From the NCBI GenBank assembly GCA_900617105.1, contig UYFQ01000260.1:186001-250000 (forward strand): a DNA stretch of 64,000 nt. The letters are read 5' to 3'. A program made the translations under genes and the position numbers. The notes under the pieces are model-generated. The model saw only the letters and a program-made list of their open reading frames with translations, did no database searches and was not told where the DNA came from. Each line of letters opens with the position of its first letter. Within the stretch, counting starts at the first letter, position 1. Positions 22,739 to 32,525 of the stretch are shown here, piece after piece. The DNA comes from Hydrurus foetidus (lineage: Eukaryota).

Positions 22739-23422
22739 CTAACGCACACCCGCCGTCAGATAGCCTTCGAGCAGGGCCAAGGCGTGGGTCAGCCTCGCCT
22801 TGCGCCACTCGGCGGTGGTCATGTCGGTGTCCAGGGTGGCTGACAGCGAATAGCCGTTGGCCAGGTGAAACCGGCTCATCGCCGCGATGGTGACATAGAT
22901 CTGCACCGGATCCAGATCCGGGCCGAACAGGCCTTGTGTCTGGCCGCTGTCGATCAGGCGCTCGATGGTCCGCCGCAGCGGGAAGGCGGTCTCGGTAACC
23001 ACCCGCGACTGGGCGGCGAACTTGCCGTGCATCAGGTTTTCGTTGCGCAGCAGGCCTTCGAACTTCGGGTGCTTTTCGAAGTAGTCGAAGGTGAAGCGCT
23101 GCAGCTCCAGAAAGCCGTCCAGCGGCTTGTCGAAGTCGATCTTCAGCTCGGCCTCGCGGGCCCGCAGGTCCACATAGGCGGCCTCCAGAACGGCCAGGTA
23201 CAGGCCCTTCTTGTCGCCGAAATAGTGGTAGAGCATGCGGATATTGCACTTGGCCGCCTTGACGATCCGCTCGATGCGGGCCCCGGCGAAGCCAGCCTGA
23301 GAGAACTCCTTCAGGGCCGCGGCCATGATCGCCTTGCGGGTGCGTTCGGCGTCGCGCTTGCGCGGCGGCGGGCCGTCGTCCGCGTCGGGGACCGGGGCTT
23401 CCAGAACGGTGGCGTCGGTCAC
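22739..23422 (-). CDS. TetR-family regulator (RutR/NicS-like), probable purine-catabolism repressor
   Basis: RDAERTRKAIMAAALKEF..G..GARIERI...MLYHYFGDKKGLYLAVLE; last gene of the allC operon. Confidence 0.9.
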   Translation of the reverse strand: MTDATVLEAPVPDADDGPPPRKRDAERTRKAIMAAALKEFSQAGFAGARIERIVKAAKCNIRMLYHYFGDKKGLYLAVLEAAYVDLRAREAELKIDFDKPLDGFLELQRFTFDYFEKHPKFEGLLRNENLMHGKFAAQSRVVTETAFPLRRTIERLIDSGQTQGLFGPDLDPVQIYVTIAAMSRFHLANGYSLSATLDTDMTTAEWRKARLTHALALLEGYLTAGVR

Positions 23423-24600
23423 GGGATCTTGGCCCCCTGCTGGATCCAGGCCCAGCTGGGCGCGTTCGTCGTCGGTCATGCCGGTCTCGTTGCCCAGCGG
23501 CATGCTGCTGGTGGCTACCGCACGTTCGTGAATTTTCGACGCATATTTCTGGATGTGCTCGGGCGTGTCGAAGGTCGCGCCCAGCGGCGGGGCGGGGAAG
23601 CCCTTGTGGGTGGCGCGGCGGCGTGACAGGTCGTGCAGTGCTTCTGACAATGGCCAGCGCGGTCGCGAACGGCACGGGCGACATCACCGCAGCATCGGCC
23701 TGGGCTTGCCGCTGGCGATCACGCTGACCGCGAAGATCAGCATGGCCCCGTAGAACAGGAACTCGTGCCGGATCTGGCCCGAATGCTTGAGGATGAAGAA
23801 GTAGCGGATCGACACCCGCCGGCGCCGATCAGGGCCAGCAGCAGCCAGGCCAGCGGATGACCCGTCACCACCGGATAGTGGTTGCTGATCATGATGAAGA
23901 TGACCGGCAGGGTCATGTGGGTGTTGTGCACCGAGCGCTGCTTGCCCATCGCCCCGAGGCGCGGATCGACCGGGCGGCCGGCCAGCATGTCGGCGACGAT
24001 TTTGCGCTGGTTGGGGATGATGATCAGGAACACGTTGCCGACCATGCAGGTGCCGATGATCGCGCCCACATGGATGAAGGCGCCCCGGTCGGTGAAGATC
24101 TGGGTCAGGACGTAGGTCGCCGCCGTCAGGCTCAGGAACCACACGATCCCGAACAGGCGTGGGCGGGCGCCCAGCGGCGAGCGGCACAGGGCCTCATACA
24201 CCAGCAGGCCGCCGAAGATGAAGGCCAGGCCCGTGGCGATGGCGCCGCCCTGGGTGAAGGCGTGCTTGGCGGTGTCGATCAGATAGATCGGCGCGCCGAC
24301 ATAGTAGAGCACGATCAGCAGGGCGAAGCCCGACAGCCAGGTGGTGTAGGCCTCCCATTTGAACCAGTGCAGGTGCTCGGGCATGTGCGGCGGGGCCGTC
24401 ATGTACTTCTGCGAGTGATAGAACCCGCCGCCGTGCACGGCCCACAGCTCGCCCTTCACGCCGTCCTTGGGCGGGACGGGATCGCGCAGATTGTTGTCCA
24501 GCCAGACGAAATAGAACGACGCGCCGATCCAGGCGATGCCGGTGATCACGTGCAGCCAGCGCAGGACCAGGCTACCCCAGGTAGCGAAATCATAGTCCAT
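23419..24600 (-). CDS. puuD: Urate hydroxylase PuuD (membrane domain plus cytochrome c), frameshifted
   Basis: RWLHVITGIAWIGASFYF, LWAVHGGGFY, LHWFKWEAYTTWLSG, KQRSVHN; CxxCH (CTTCH) near 23620. Confidence 0.9.
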
Positions 24601-25117
24601 CAGGCGCTCACCGCGTCGATCAGGCGGAGCCGGGAGATGTGGCCGATCTGGCTGATCGCCTCGGCGATCTCCCGGTCTCATCGTTGAAAGCCGCCTGCAT
24701 CGCCGCCAGGATCGAGCTCTTGTCGTTCAGGCGCACGGCGATGATGAACGGGAAGCCGAAGCGGGCGGCATGGGCGGCGTTGAGCTGGTGGAAGCGCTCG
24801 AACTCTTCCGGGTCAGCCTGTCGAGGCCGGCGCTGGCCTGCTCGGCGTTGCTCTCGGCGGTCAGGGCCTTGGCGATGGCGGCCTTGCCGGCCAGTTCGGG
24901 GTGGGCGCGGATCAGGGCCAGCTTGTCGGCGGTGGTCGAGGCTTCCAGCCCCCGCATCATGGCGGCGTGCAGGCCCTCGACGGTGTCGAACGGCCGCTCG
25001 TCCCAGGCGCGCTGCACGACCCAGGGCGACAGCTCGAACGCGAAGCCCAGGGCGGTGGTGAAGCCGGTCTGGTTCATGCTGTTGAGGCGCGCGAGCGTAA
25101 GGGGAGGCGCCGCTCAT
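24600..25117 (-). CDS. uraD: OHCU decarboxylase (frameshifted)
   Basis: FELSPWV, LIRAHPELAGK, SNAEQASAGL, LNAAHAARFGFPFIIAV. Confidence 0.9.
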
Positions 25118-26030
25118 GCCATAGCCTCATACGGATGGGTCGCCAGCCAGTGCCGCGCGATGTCGATGCGGCGGGCCACCCAGACCTTGTCGTGGGCCAT
25201 GACGTGCTCGAGGAAGCGCCTGAGACCCAGGATGCGGCCGGGCTTGCCGACCACGCGGCAGTGCAGGCCGACGCTCATCATCTTCGGCGCGGTCTCGCCC
25301 TCGGCATAGAGGGCGTCGAAGGCGTCGCGCAGATAGGTGAAGAAGTGCTCGCCGGTGTTGAAGCCTGGGCCGCCGTGAAGCGCATGTCGTTGGCTTCCAG
25401 CGTGTAGGGCACGATCAGCTGCGGACGGCCGTGCTGGGCGTCGTAATAGGGCAGGTCGTCGGCATAGCTGTCGGCGTCATAGACAAAGCCGCCTTCCTGG
25501 GCGATCAGCCGCGCGGTGTTGGGGCTGGTGCGGCCCTGATACCAGCCCAGCGGGCGCTCGCCGGTCAGCCGGGCCTGAATCTCGATGGCCTTCTGGATGT
25601 GCTCCAGCTCCTGATCGGGCGTGAAGTGCTGGTAGTCGATCCAGCGATAGCCGTGGCTGGCGATCTCCCAGCCGGACTCCATCATCGCCTCGACGGCGTC
25701 GGGGTGGCGTTCCATGGCCTGGGCGACGCCGAACACGGTCAGCGGCAAGCCCAGGTCGTCGAACAGTCGGCGGATGCGCCAGAACCCGGCGCGCGAGCCG
25801 TATTCGTAGAGGCTCTCCATCGACATGTTGCGCATGCCCTCGATGGGCTGGGCGCCGACCATTTCCGACAGGAAGAACTCGGAGGCGGGGTCGCCATGCA
25901 GGATCGAGCGCTCGGCGCCTTCCTCGTAGTTGAGGACGAACTGTACGGCGATCCGGGCGCCGTTCGGCCAGGCGGCGTGGGGCGGGGTGGCGCCGTAGCC
26001 GATGAGGTCGCGGGGGTAGGGCGTCGTCAT
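25114..26030 (-). CDS. puuE: Allantoinase PuuE (polysaccharide-deacetylase fold), frameshift ~25368
   Basis: MTTPYPRDLIGYG, QFVLNYEEG, ESLYEYGSRAGFWR, ASHGYRWIDY, DSYADDLPY. Confidence 0.93.
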
Positions 26031-26034
26031 CGGC

Positions 26035-26146
26035 AAGTCCTCCCCCTGAAGGGGGAGGCGGTCGCGAAGCGACCGGAGGGGGTAGTGCTCCCCCGCCTGA
26101 CGACTTCCCCTCGCCTGCGGCGACACCTCCCCATCAGGGAGGACTT
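26035..26146. repeat. Family A palindromic repeat between pucG and puuE
   Basis: AAGTCCTCCCCCTGAAGGGGGAGG...CCTCCCCATCAGGGAGGACTT. Confidence 0.8.
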
Positions 26147-26160
26147 TTGCGGCGACCCGG

Positions 26161-27375
26161 TCATTCAAACACCTTCGCCGCCGCATCGACCCCAGCCCCC
26201 GGCGTCGCCGAGAAGCCCTCCACCGCAGCACCGCTTCCAGCGCCGCCAGGGTCGTCAGCACCGCATGCTGCGCATTGACCCCCATCGCCCCGATCCGCCA
26301 GATCTTGCCGGTCAGCGGCCCGAAGGCGGTGCCGATCTCGATCTCGAACTCGGTGCGCATGCGGGCCCGCACCCGGTCGCCGTCGACGCCGGCGGGGATC
26401 CAGATGCCGGTGACGTTGGTCATCTTGTGGGCCGGATCGCCATAGACCTGCAGACCCATCGCCTCGACCCCGGCGACCACGGCCGCGCCGGCTGAAGCGT
26501 GGCGGGCGAAGCGGGCTTCAAGGCCTTCTTCCAGCGCCACGCGGGCGCATTCGCGGGCCGCATAGAGCATCGACGCCGCTTCGGTATGGTGGTTCAGGCG
26601 CTTGTCGGACCAGTAGTCCATGATCATCGCCAGATCGAAATAGTTGGAGGCGATGCGGCGGCCAGCGCCGCTGACTGCGCCCGCCGTGGCGATGCCGCGC
26701 TCCACATGCTTGCGGCCGGCGATGTGCTCGGCGGCGCGGTCGCTGATCGTGATCGGCGCCGAGCCCGAGGGACCGCCCAGGCACTTCTGCAGGCCGGCGG
26801 TGACGATGTCGGCCTGCCACTGATCAACCGGGCAGGGCATGCCCGAGAGCGTGGCGGTGGCGTCGACATAGAGCAGGGCGTCATGGCGGCGGCAGATCTC
26901 GCCGATGGCCTCGATCGGCTGGGCCATGGTGGTGGAGGTGTCGCCATGCACGCAGGCCACCAGGCGTGGTTTGACGCGGGCCACGGCGTCCTCGACGGCC
27001 TGCGGGTCGATGACCTTGCCCCACTCGCCCTCGACCAGGGTGACCCTGGCGTCGCAGCGCTCGGCGATCTCGGACAGCAGCAGGCCAAAGCGGCCGGCAT
27101 TGACCACCACCACGTCGTCGCCCGGCGCCAGCACCGACACCAGGGCCGCCTCGATGCCCGCGCGCGAGGTGCCGTCGATCAGGAAGGTCCAGCGGTTCTG
27201 GGTCTGGAAGACCTGGCGGTACAGGGCCATGGTCTCGTTCATGTAGCCGGTGAACTCTGGATCGAACTGGCCCAGCAGCTGCACCGACATGGCGCGCAGG
27301 ACGCGGGGATGCACATTGATCGGGCGGGGCCCATCAGCAGGCGGGCGGGTGGTCGAGTTCGCCGAAGGTGGTCAT
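26161..27375 (-). CDS. pucG: (S)-ureidoglycine-glyoxylate aminotransferase, class V PLP (frameshifted)
   Basis: LLMG.PINVHPRVLRAMS, DGTSRAGIEA, VHGDTSTT, AGLQKCLGGPSG, NHHTEA, GKIWRIGAMG. Confidence 0.88.
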
Positions 27376-28741
27376 GTCACAATCCATAAGCTTGTCATCC
27401 CGGACGACCCGAAGGGCGATCCGGGACCCAGGGCGGCGCGTGCGTCGGTGGGTCGGCGCTCGCGCTGGCGCGCTCGGCCGGGAAGTTGACTGGGAAAACT
27501 GGTCGAGAGCTTTTCCACAAAACCCAGCATCGCCTGCGCCGCCAGGGCGCAATCGGCCTGCGTGACCGACTCGGCCGGGTTGTGGCTGATCCCGCCCTCG
27601 CAGCGGATGAACAGCATGGCGGTGGGGCAGAGAGCGGCCATCACCATGGCGTCGTGCCCCGCGCCCGAGGGCAGGCGGCGGGGCGGCAGGCCCAGGTCGC
27701 CGACGGCCTGTTCCAGCAGGGCGGTGAGGCCAGGGTTGCAGGGGCTCTCGTCCAGCGCCTGCATCAGGGTGACGGACGCCGTCAGACCCCGCCGGACGGC
27801 GATGGCGTGGATTTCATCGGTGACGGCCTCGACGGCCGCGTCTCGGGTGGCGGAGGTCTCGGCGCGGATGTCCATGGAGAACTCGACCGCGCCGGGGATG
27901 ACGTTGAACGCGCCGGGCAGGGCGGTCATGCGGCCGACCGTGCCGACCAGATTGTCGGTCCCGGCCTGGCAGATCCGCTCGAGGGCCAGCATGCACTCGG
28001 CGGCGGCGGGACCGGGGTCCTTGCGCAAATGCATCGGCGTCGTGCCCGCGTGGCCAGCCATGCCGGTGATCCGCACCATCAGCCGCTTCTGGGCGGCGAT
28101 GGCGGTGACGACGCCAGGGCCAGGCCCTCGGCTTCGAGGACGGGACCTTGTTCAATGTGGGCTTCCAGAAAGGCCATGACGTCGGACGGCTTGCGGGCCG
28201 CGTCGGTGATCCTGGCCGGATCCAGCCCGAAGGCGGTGAAGGCATCGGCCAGGGTCACGCCCTCGGCGTCGGTCATGCCCAAGACGGCCGAAGGATCCAG
28301 CGTCCCGGCGATGGCGCGGCTGCAGCTCATCGAGGCGGAAAAGCGCGAGCCCTCCTCGTCGCCGAACGCGACCACCTCGATGGCGAAGGGCAGGCGGCGG
28401 CCGGCGTCGCGCTGGGCCTCGACCACGTCGATGCCCAGCATGATCCCCAGCGGCCCATCATAGCGCCCGCCGTTGCGGACGCTGTCGATGTGCGAGCCGA
28501 TCAGCAGGGCCGGGGCGCCCGGCGTTTGCCCCTCATAGCGGCCGACCAGGCTGCCGGCGGCGTCGCGACGGACGCTCATGCCGGCTGAAGTTATCCACAG
28601 GGTCAGCGTGTCGAGGGCGGCGGCATGGGCGGGGGTCAGGAAGCGCCGCGTCAGCTGGCCCTCGACCTCGCTATAGGGTGGCGCGCCCAGCAGGTCGCAG
28701 CGAGCCTTGGCCCTCGCGCCGATCTTGAAGTCCCCCGTCAC
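27372..28741 (-). CDS. allC: Allantoate amidohydrolase (M20 family), frameshift ~28115
   Basis: LIGSHIDSVRNGGRYDGPLG, FGDEEGSRF, EAHIEQGPVLE, GHAGTTPM, LPSGAGHDA, GISHNPAE. Confidence 0.92.
27392..27490. repeat. Degenerate family B REP inside the 3' end of allC
   Basis: TTGTCATCCCGGACGACCCGAAGGGCGATCCGGGACCCAGGG...CGGCCGGGAAGTTGAC. Confidence 0.75.
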
Positions 28742-28890
28742 CCCGTCCTGGCTCCAATCGCGCCTTTGCCCGCCGTGGCTCTGTTGGTAGCAGCCGGCGA
28801 TCATTCGCCCCGCCGCCCAAGCCCGTGCGCGGACCGATCCGCGCGCCTTTGCCTCGACAAGCACCAGCCGCGGAGGCGGGCGCCTGCGGA

Positions 28891-28912
28891 TAAGTCATAA
28901 ACCACTTACTTA
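28891..28912. promoter_or_regulatory. Candidate purine-regulon operator TAAGTCA-N8-TTACTTA (related sites at 10257, 20642, 20842)
   Basis: AT-rich palindrome upstream of the allC operon; GTAA-N8-TTAC-like core recurs before each purine transcription unit. Confidence 0.6.
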
Positions 28913-28972
28913 GCGGGGGCGAGAGGCAAGCGGGGGCGGGCTTGCGGTCGGCGCTCCGGCTGCTAGGTCTGG

Positions 28973-29551
28973 GTGCAGCCCTGGAGCGAGTTGCGCGTGA
29001 ACCGTTCGATCCCCGCGAGAATTCTGAGAGTGAACCACGGCGGCGAGCACGGCGCCATCAGGATCTATCGCGCCCAGATCGCCATGGCCAGGTTTCGGGC
29101 GCCGGACCTGCTGCCGTTCCTGCGCGGCACGCTTGAGCACGAGCAGGAGCATCTGGTCCGCTTTCGCGCCCTGATGCCGCAGCGGGCGGCCAAGCCGTGC
29201 CGCCTGATGTGGATCTGGTCAGTCGGCGGCCTGCTGCTGGGCGGAGCAACCGGCCTGCTGGGTCGCAAGGCGATCCTGGTGTGCACCGAGGCCGTCGAGC
29301 GGACGGTGCATCGCCATCTCGACGAGCAGTTGGCCTGGCTCGGTGATCGTGACCCGCAGATGTCGGCCGTGATCAGCGAAATTCAGCGCCAGGAACTGGA
29401 ACACATGAACTTTGCCGAGCAGGCGATGGGCGCGGTCGGTCCCTTCACCCATGGTCTGCGGCTCGCCATCGCCCTGGCGACCGAAGGCCTGATCTGGCTG
29501 TCGACCCGAGGCGACTCGCTGCGCCTGGCCCGCGAGCTGCGCGCCGCCTAG
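28973..29551 (+). CDS. COQ7-like di-iron demethoxyubiquinone hydroxylase family protein
   Basis: RVNHGGEHGAIRIYRAQ, EQEH, AVERTVHRHL, ELEH di-iron ligand pattern. Confidence 0.85.
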   Translation: MQPWSELRVNRSIPARILRVNHGGEHGAIRIYRAQIAMARFRAPDLLPFLRGTLEHEQEHLVRFRALMPQRAAKPCRLMWIWSVGGLLLGGATGLLGRKAILVCTEAVERTVHRHLDEQLAWLGDRDPQMSAVISEIQRQELEHMNFAEQAMGAVGPFTHGLRLAIALATEGLIWLSTRGDSLRLARELRAA

Positions 29552-30259
29552 ACCTTCACGAACTTGCCGATCGCGCGGACCGAACCGGTGGCCACGCCGG
29601 TCGAAGCCGCCGGGGGGCTCGTCGGTGATGGCCAGGGTGGCGGTATAGGTTCCGCCGCCGCGCAGGCCGGCCGGCAGGGCGATCTGGATCGGCGTGTTCT
29701 TCGGGATCACGCCCAGCGAGATGGCTTTCTGGCCCTCGGGGATGATCCACAGTTCGGGCTCGCGGCCGTGCGGCATCTCCATCGCCACCGGCGTCAGGAT
29801 CAGCTTGTCGGTGGCATGGTCGAGGGTGGCGACCAGGGCCGGCTTGTTCGAGGCCGGATCATTGATCAGCGCCACCTCGGCGGCGGCCGGTGTCGGGGCG
29901 ATAGCGGGTACGGGCGGCGCGCGAGGCGTCATCACCAGGGCCGCGACGCTGGCGGCGGCCAGGGCGATGGCGCCCACCGACACGCCACGCCAGACGCGGG
30001 TATTGTTCCACAGCGACGGTTTGGCCGCCTCGCCGATCAGGTTGGCGATCCGCGGCCACAAGCCGGCCGACGGCTCGACGCCCTTGATGTCGGTGGCCAG
30101 AGGGGTGAGGTGGTTCTCCCACCACTGCACGGCGCGGGCGAAACCGGGTTCGGCGGCGATGCGGGCCTGGGCCTGGGCGCGTTCGGTCGCATCGAGGACG
30201 CCGAGCACATATTCGCCGGCCAGGGGACGTTCGTCTTCGGGCGTGCTGAGGTCGGTCAT
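29548..30259 (-). CDS. Anti-sigma-K factor RskA-like (frameshift ~29605)
   Basis: LAGEYVLGVLD, one TM segment, ELWII...SLGVI, LAITDEP.GG. Confidence 0.88.
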
Positions 30260-30810
30260 GCTTCGAGACACGCGCGGAGGCTGATCAGGCTGCGGCGGAT
30301 CCAGCTTTTCATGGTGCCCAGCGGCACGCCGATCATCTGGGCCAGGGCGTCATAGGTCACGCCTTCGAAGAAGGCGGTGCGCACGGCGCCGGCGTGTTTG
30401 GGGTCCAGCTGGTCCAGACAGCCGTTGAGGCGCAGTCGGTCCTCGTCCGCCTCGACAACGGTCGAGGCCAGGGGCGCCGCGTCGGGAATGGCTTCGGCTT
30501 CTTCGACGCCCGCCATCACGCGGCCGCCGCGCGCGCGCAGCTTGTCGATCGACCGGTTGCGGGCCATCGACACCAGCCAGGTGATCGGGCTGGCCTTTTC
30601 CGGATCAAAGCGATCAGCCTTGTTCCAGACCGAGAGATACACATCCTGAAGCACGTCTTCCGCCTCCTCGCGGTCGTTCAAGATACGGAGGCAGACGCCA
30701 AACAGTTTCGCGGACGTGTGGCGATACACGTATTTCAGCGCGTCGGAGTCGCGGTTGGCTACTCGGGCGATCGCGCGCGAAAGCAGGGCGCGACTGGAAT
30801 CGGCATCCAT
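30256..30810 (-). CDS. ECF sigma factor (SigK-like)
   Basis: AEDVLQDVYLSVW, WLVSMARNRSIDKLR, GVPLGTMKSWIRRSL; overlaps the anti-sigma start. Confidence 0.92.
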   Translation of the reverse strand: MDADSSRALLSRAIARVANRDSDALKYVYRHTSAKLFGVCLRILNDREEAEDVLQDVYLSVWNKADRFDPEKASPITWLVSMARNRSIDKLRARGGRVMAGVEEAEAIPDAAPLASTVVEADEDRLRLNGCLDQLDPKHAGAVRTAFFEGVTYDALAQMIGVPLGTMKSWIRRSLISLRACLEA

Positions 30811-30933
30811 TAGGTGAGGCAGCTCCGGGACATTCTTGCCCATAACGGTGACATGCTCGCCGACGCGAGGCAATGGTTTGCGTCGCGCCGCAAATCCGCT
30901 TCCGGCGGTCGCCGGGAAGCGGATTTGAAGTCC

Positions 30934-31335
30934 CTATTTCATCGCGCGCATGGCCGCGAAACCCGCGCTGGCCGCGACCGTGGTCAGGAACGTGCCCCAG
31001 GCCATGTCAACCAGGGTGATGGTGGTCGACCAGACCTTCAGCGTCGCCTGGTTGGTCAGGTCGTAGGTGGCGTAGGCGCAGAAGCCGAACACGGCGGCGT
31101 TGAACAGCAGGCGCTTCCAGCTGTCCTCGCGGATAGCCGGCAGGACGGCCAGCAGCATGATCGCGGTCAGATAGATCAGGTAGAAGGCCGCCGCCGGGAC
31201 CATGGCCGGCTGGTCGGCCATCAGCTCGCCGATGCGCGGCCGATAGAGGCGCGGCGCCATCAGGGTCAGCCAGATGATGTCCAGCACCAGCATGGCGCCG
31301 CCGGTGGCCAGGTAACCGAAGACATAGCGGATCAT
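30934..31335 (-). CDS. DUF2177-family membrane protein
   Basis: LDIIWL, AAAFYLIY, AYATYDLTNQATLKVWS..TLVDMAWG. Confidence 0.85.
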   Translation of the reverse strand: MIRYVFGYLATGGAMLVLDIIWLTLMAPRLYRPRIGELMADQPAMVPAAAFYLIYLTAIMLLAVLPAIREDSWKRLLFNAAVFGFCAYATYDLTNQATLKVWSTTITLVDMAWGTFLTTVAASAGFAAMRAMK

Positions 31336-32378
31336 GCGGGGCTCGTGGTCTGGAGGACAGGGCGAAGGCGATAGTGGCTGACGCCCCATTCCTCGCCGCC
31401 GCGATGGCCAAACAGGCCGGCCGTGGCCAGGAAGAACAGACGCCAGCGACGCCGCCAGACGGCGGCGTCGGATCCATAAACGCTTTCCAGCACAGGATCG
31501 ATCCTGGCGCGGTTGGCGTCGAAATTCTGCAGCCACTGCCGGGCGGTGCGGGCGTAGTGGGCGCCGCTCCAGCGCCAGTCCTGCTCGACGGCGAACAGGT
31601 CGGGGAACTGGGCCAGCAGGTCGTGGCTGGGCATGACGCCGCCGGTGAAGAAATACTGGGCGATCCAGTCGGCCGGGTCGTTGACGTCGAAGCGGTAGGG
31701 CGTGTTGCGGTGCGTGAACACGTGGATGAACAGCAGGCCGTCGGGCTTGAGCCAGCCGTGCACCCGGCCCAGCAGGGCCTGCCAGTTGGACATGTGCTCG
31801 AACATCTCCACCGAGACCACGCGGTCGAAGCGCTGGTCGGTTGAAAAGTCATTCATGTCGGCGGTGATGACGGTCAGGTTGCTCAGGCCGCGGGCGGCGG
31901 CGCGGGCCAGGATGAAGGCGCGCTGCGAGGCCGAGTTGGAGACCGAGGTAATCTTCGAGCCAGGGAAGCGCTCGGCCATCCACAGCGACAGCGATCCCCA
32001 GCCGCAGCCCAGTTCCAGCACGGCCTGGCCGTCCTGCAGATCAGCGTGCAGTTCGGTCTCGTGCAGGGCGGCCGCCTCGCCCTCGGCCAGGGTGGACGCC
32101 CCGGCCGGATAGAGGCCGCTGGAATATTTCAGGTTGGGGCCCAGCACGACCTCGAAAAAGGCGGCGGGCAGTTCGTAGTGCTGGGCGTTGGCGGCGTCGG
32201 TATGGGCGGCGATCGGGTGCTCGCCCATGGTCCGTGCGAAGCGGGCGCTGGCGTCGGCGGGGGCGCCGGCCAGGCGCCGGCGGGCGTCGCCGACCAGGAA
32301 CTGGATCGCGGCGCGCGAGACCACGTCCGGCATCGGCATGTCTTCAAAGGCGTGGATGGCGGCCTTGACCAAGCTCAT
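31332..32378 (-). CDS. SAM-dependent methyltransferase, cyclopropane-fatty-acyl synthase-like
   Basis: ANAQHYELP, KYSSGLY, LELGCGWGSLSL, VVSVEMFEHM, YFFTGGVMPS. Confidence 0.9.
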   Translation of the reverse strand: MSLVKAAIHAFEDMPMPDVVSRAAIQFLVGDARRRLAGAPADASARFARTMGEHPIAAHTDAANAQHYELPAAFFEVVLGPNLKYSSGLYPAGASTLAEGEAAALHETELHADLQDGQAVLELGCGWGSLSLWMAERFPGSKITSVSNSASQRAFILARAAARGLSNLTVITADMNDFSTDQRFDRVVSVEMFEHMSNWQALLGRVHGWLKPDGLLFIHVFTHRNTPYRFDVNDPADWIAQYFFTGGVMPSHDLLAQFPDLFAVEQDWRWSGAHYARTARQWLQNFDANRARIDPVLESVYGSDAAVWRRRWRLFFLATAGLFGHRGGEEWGVSHYRLRPVLQTTSPA

Positions 32379-32525
32379 GCGGGGACCCTGCGCTTTGGAC
32401 CCTCTGCGGGTCATCCGCGCAAAGCTACGCGCGGGCGCGCAAATGGATGCGCCGCGCGTCCAAAACAGTTCCTGCGCCGTAGCTGGAACTCGAGCGTTAT
32501 CAAGACCCCTGCAGGAAACGATCAT

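Noticed and set aside
22739..23650. 303-aa cytochrome c-TetR fusion
   Set aside because: The N-terminal part is the frameshifted PuuD C-terminus; TetR starts at GTG 23422, overlapping the puuD stop
25278..27314. 678-aa PucG-PuuE fusion
   Set aside because: Produced by an indel near 26220; PucG has a natural stop at 26161
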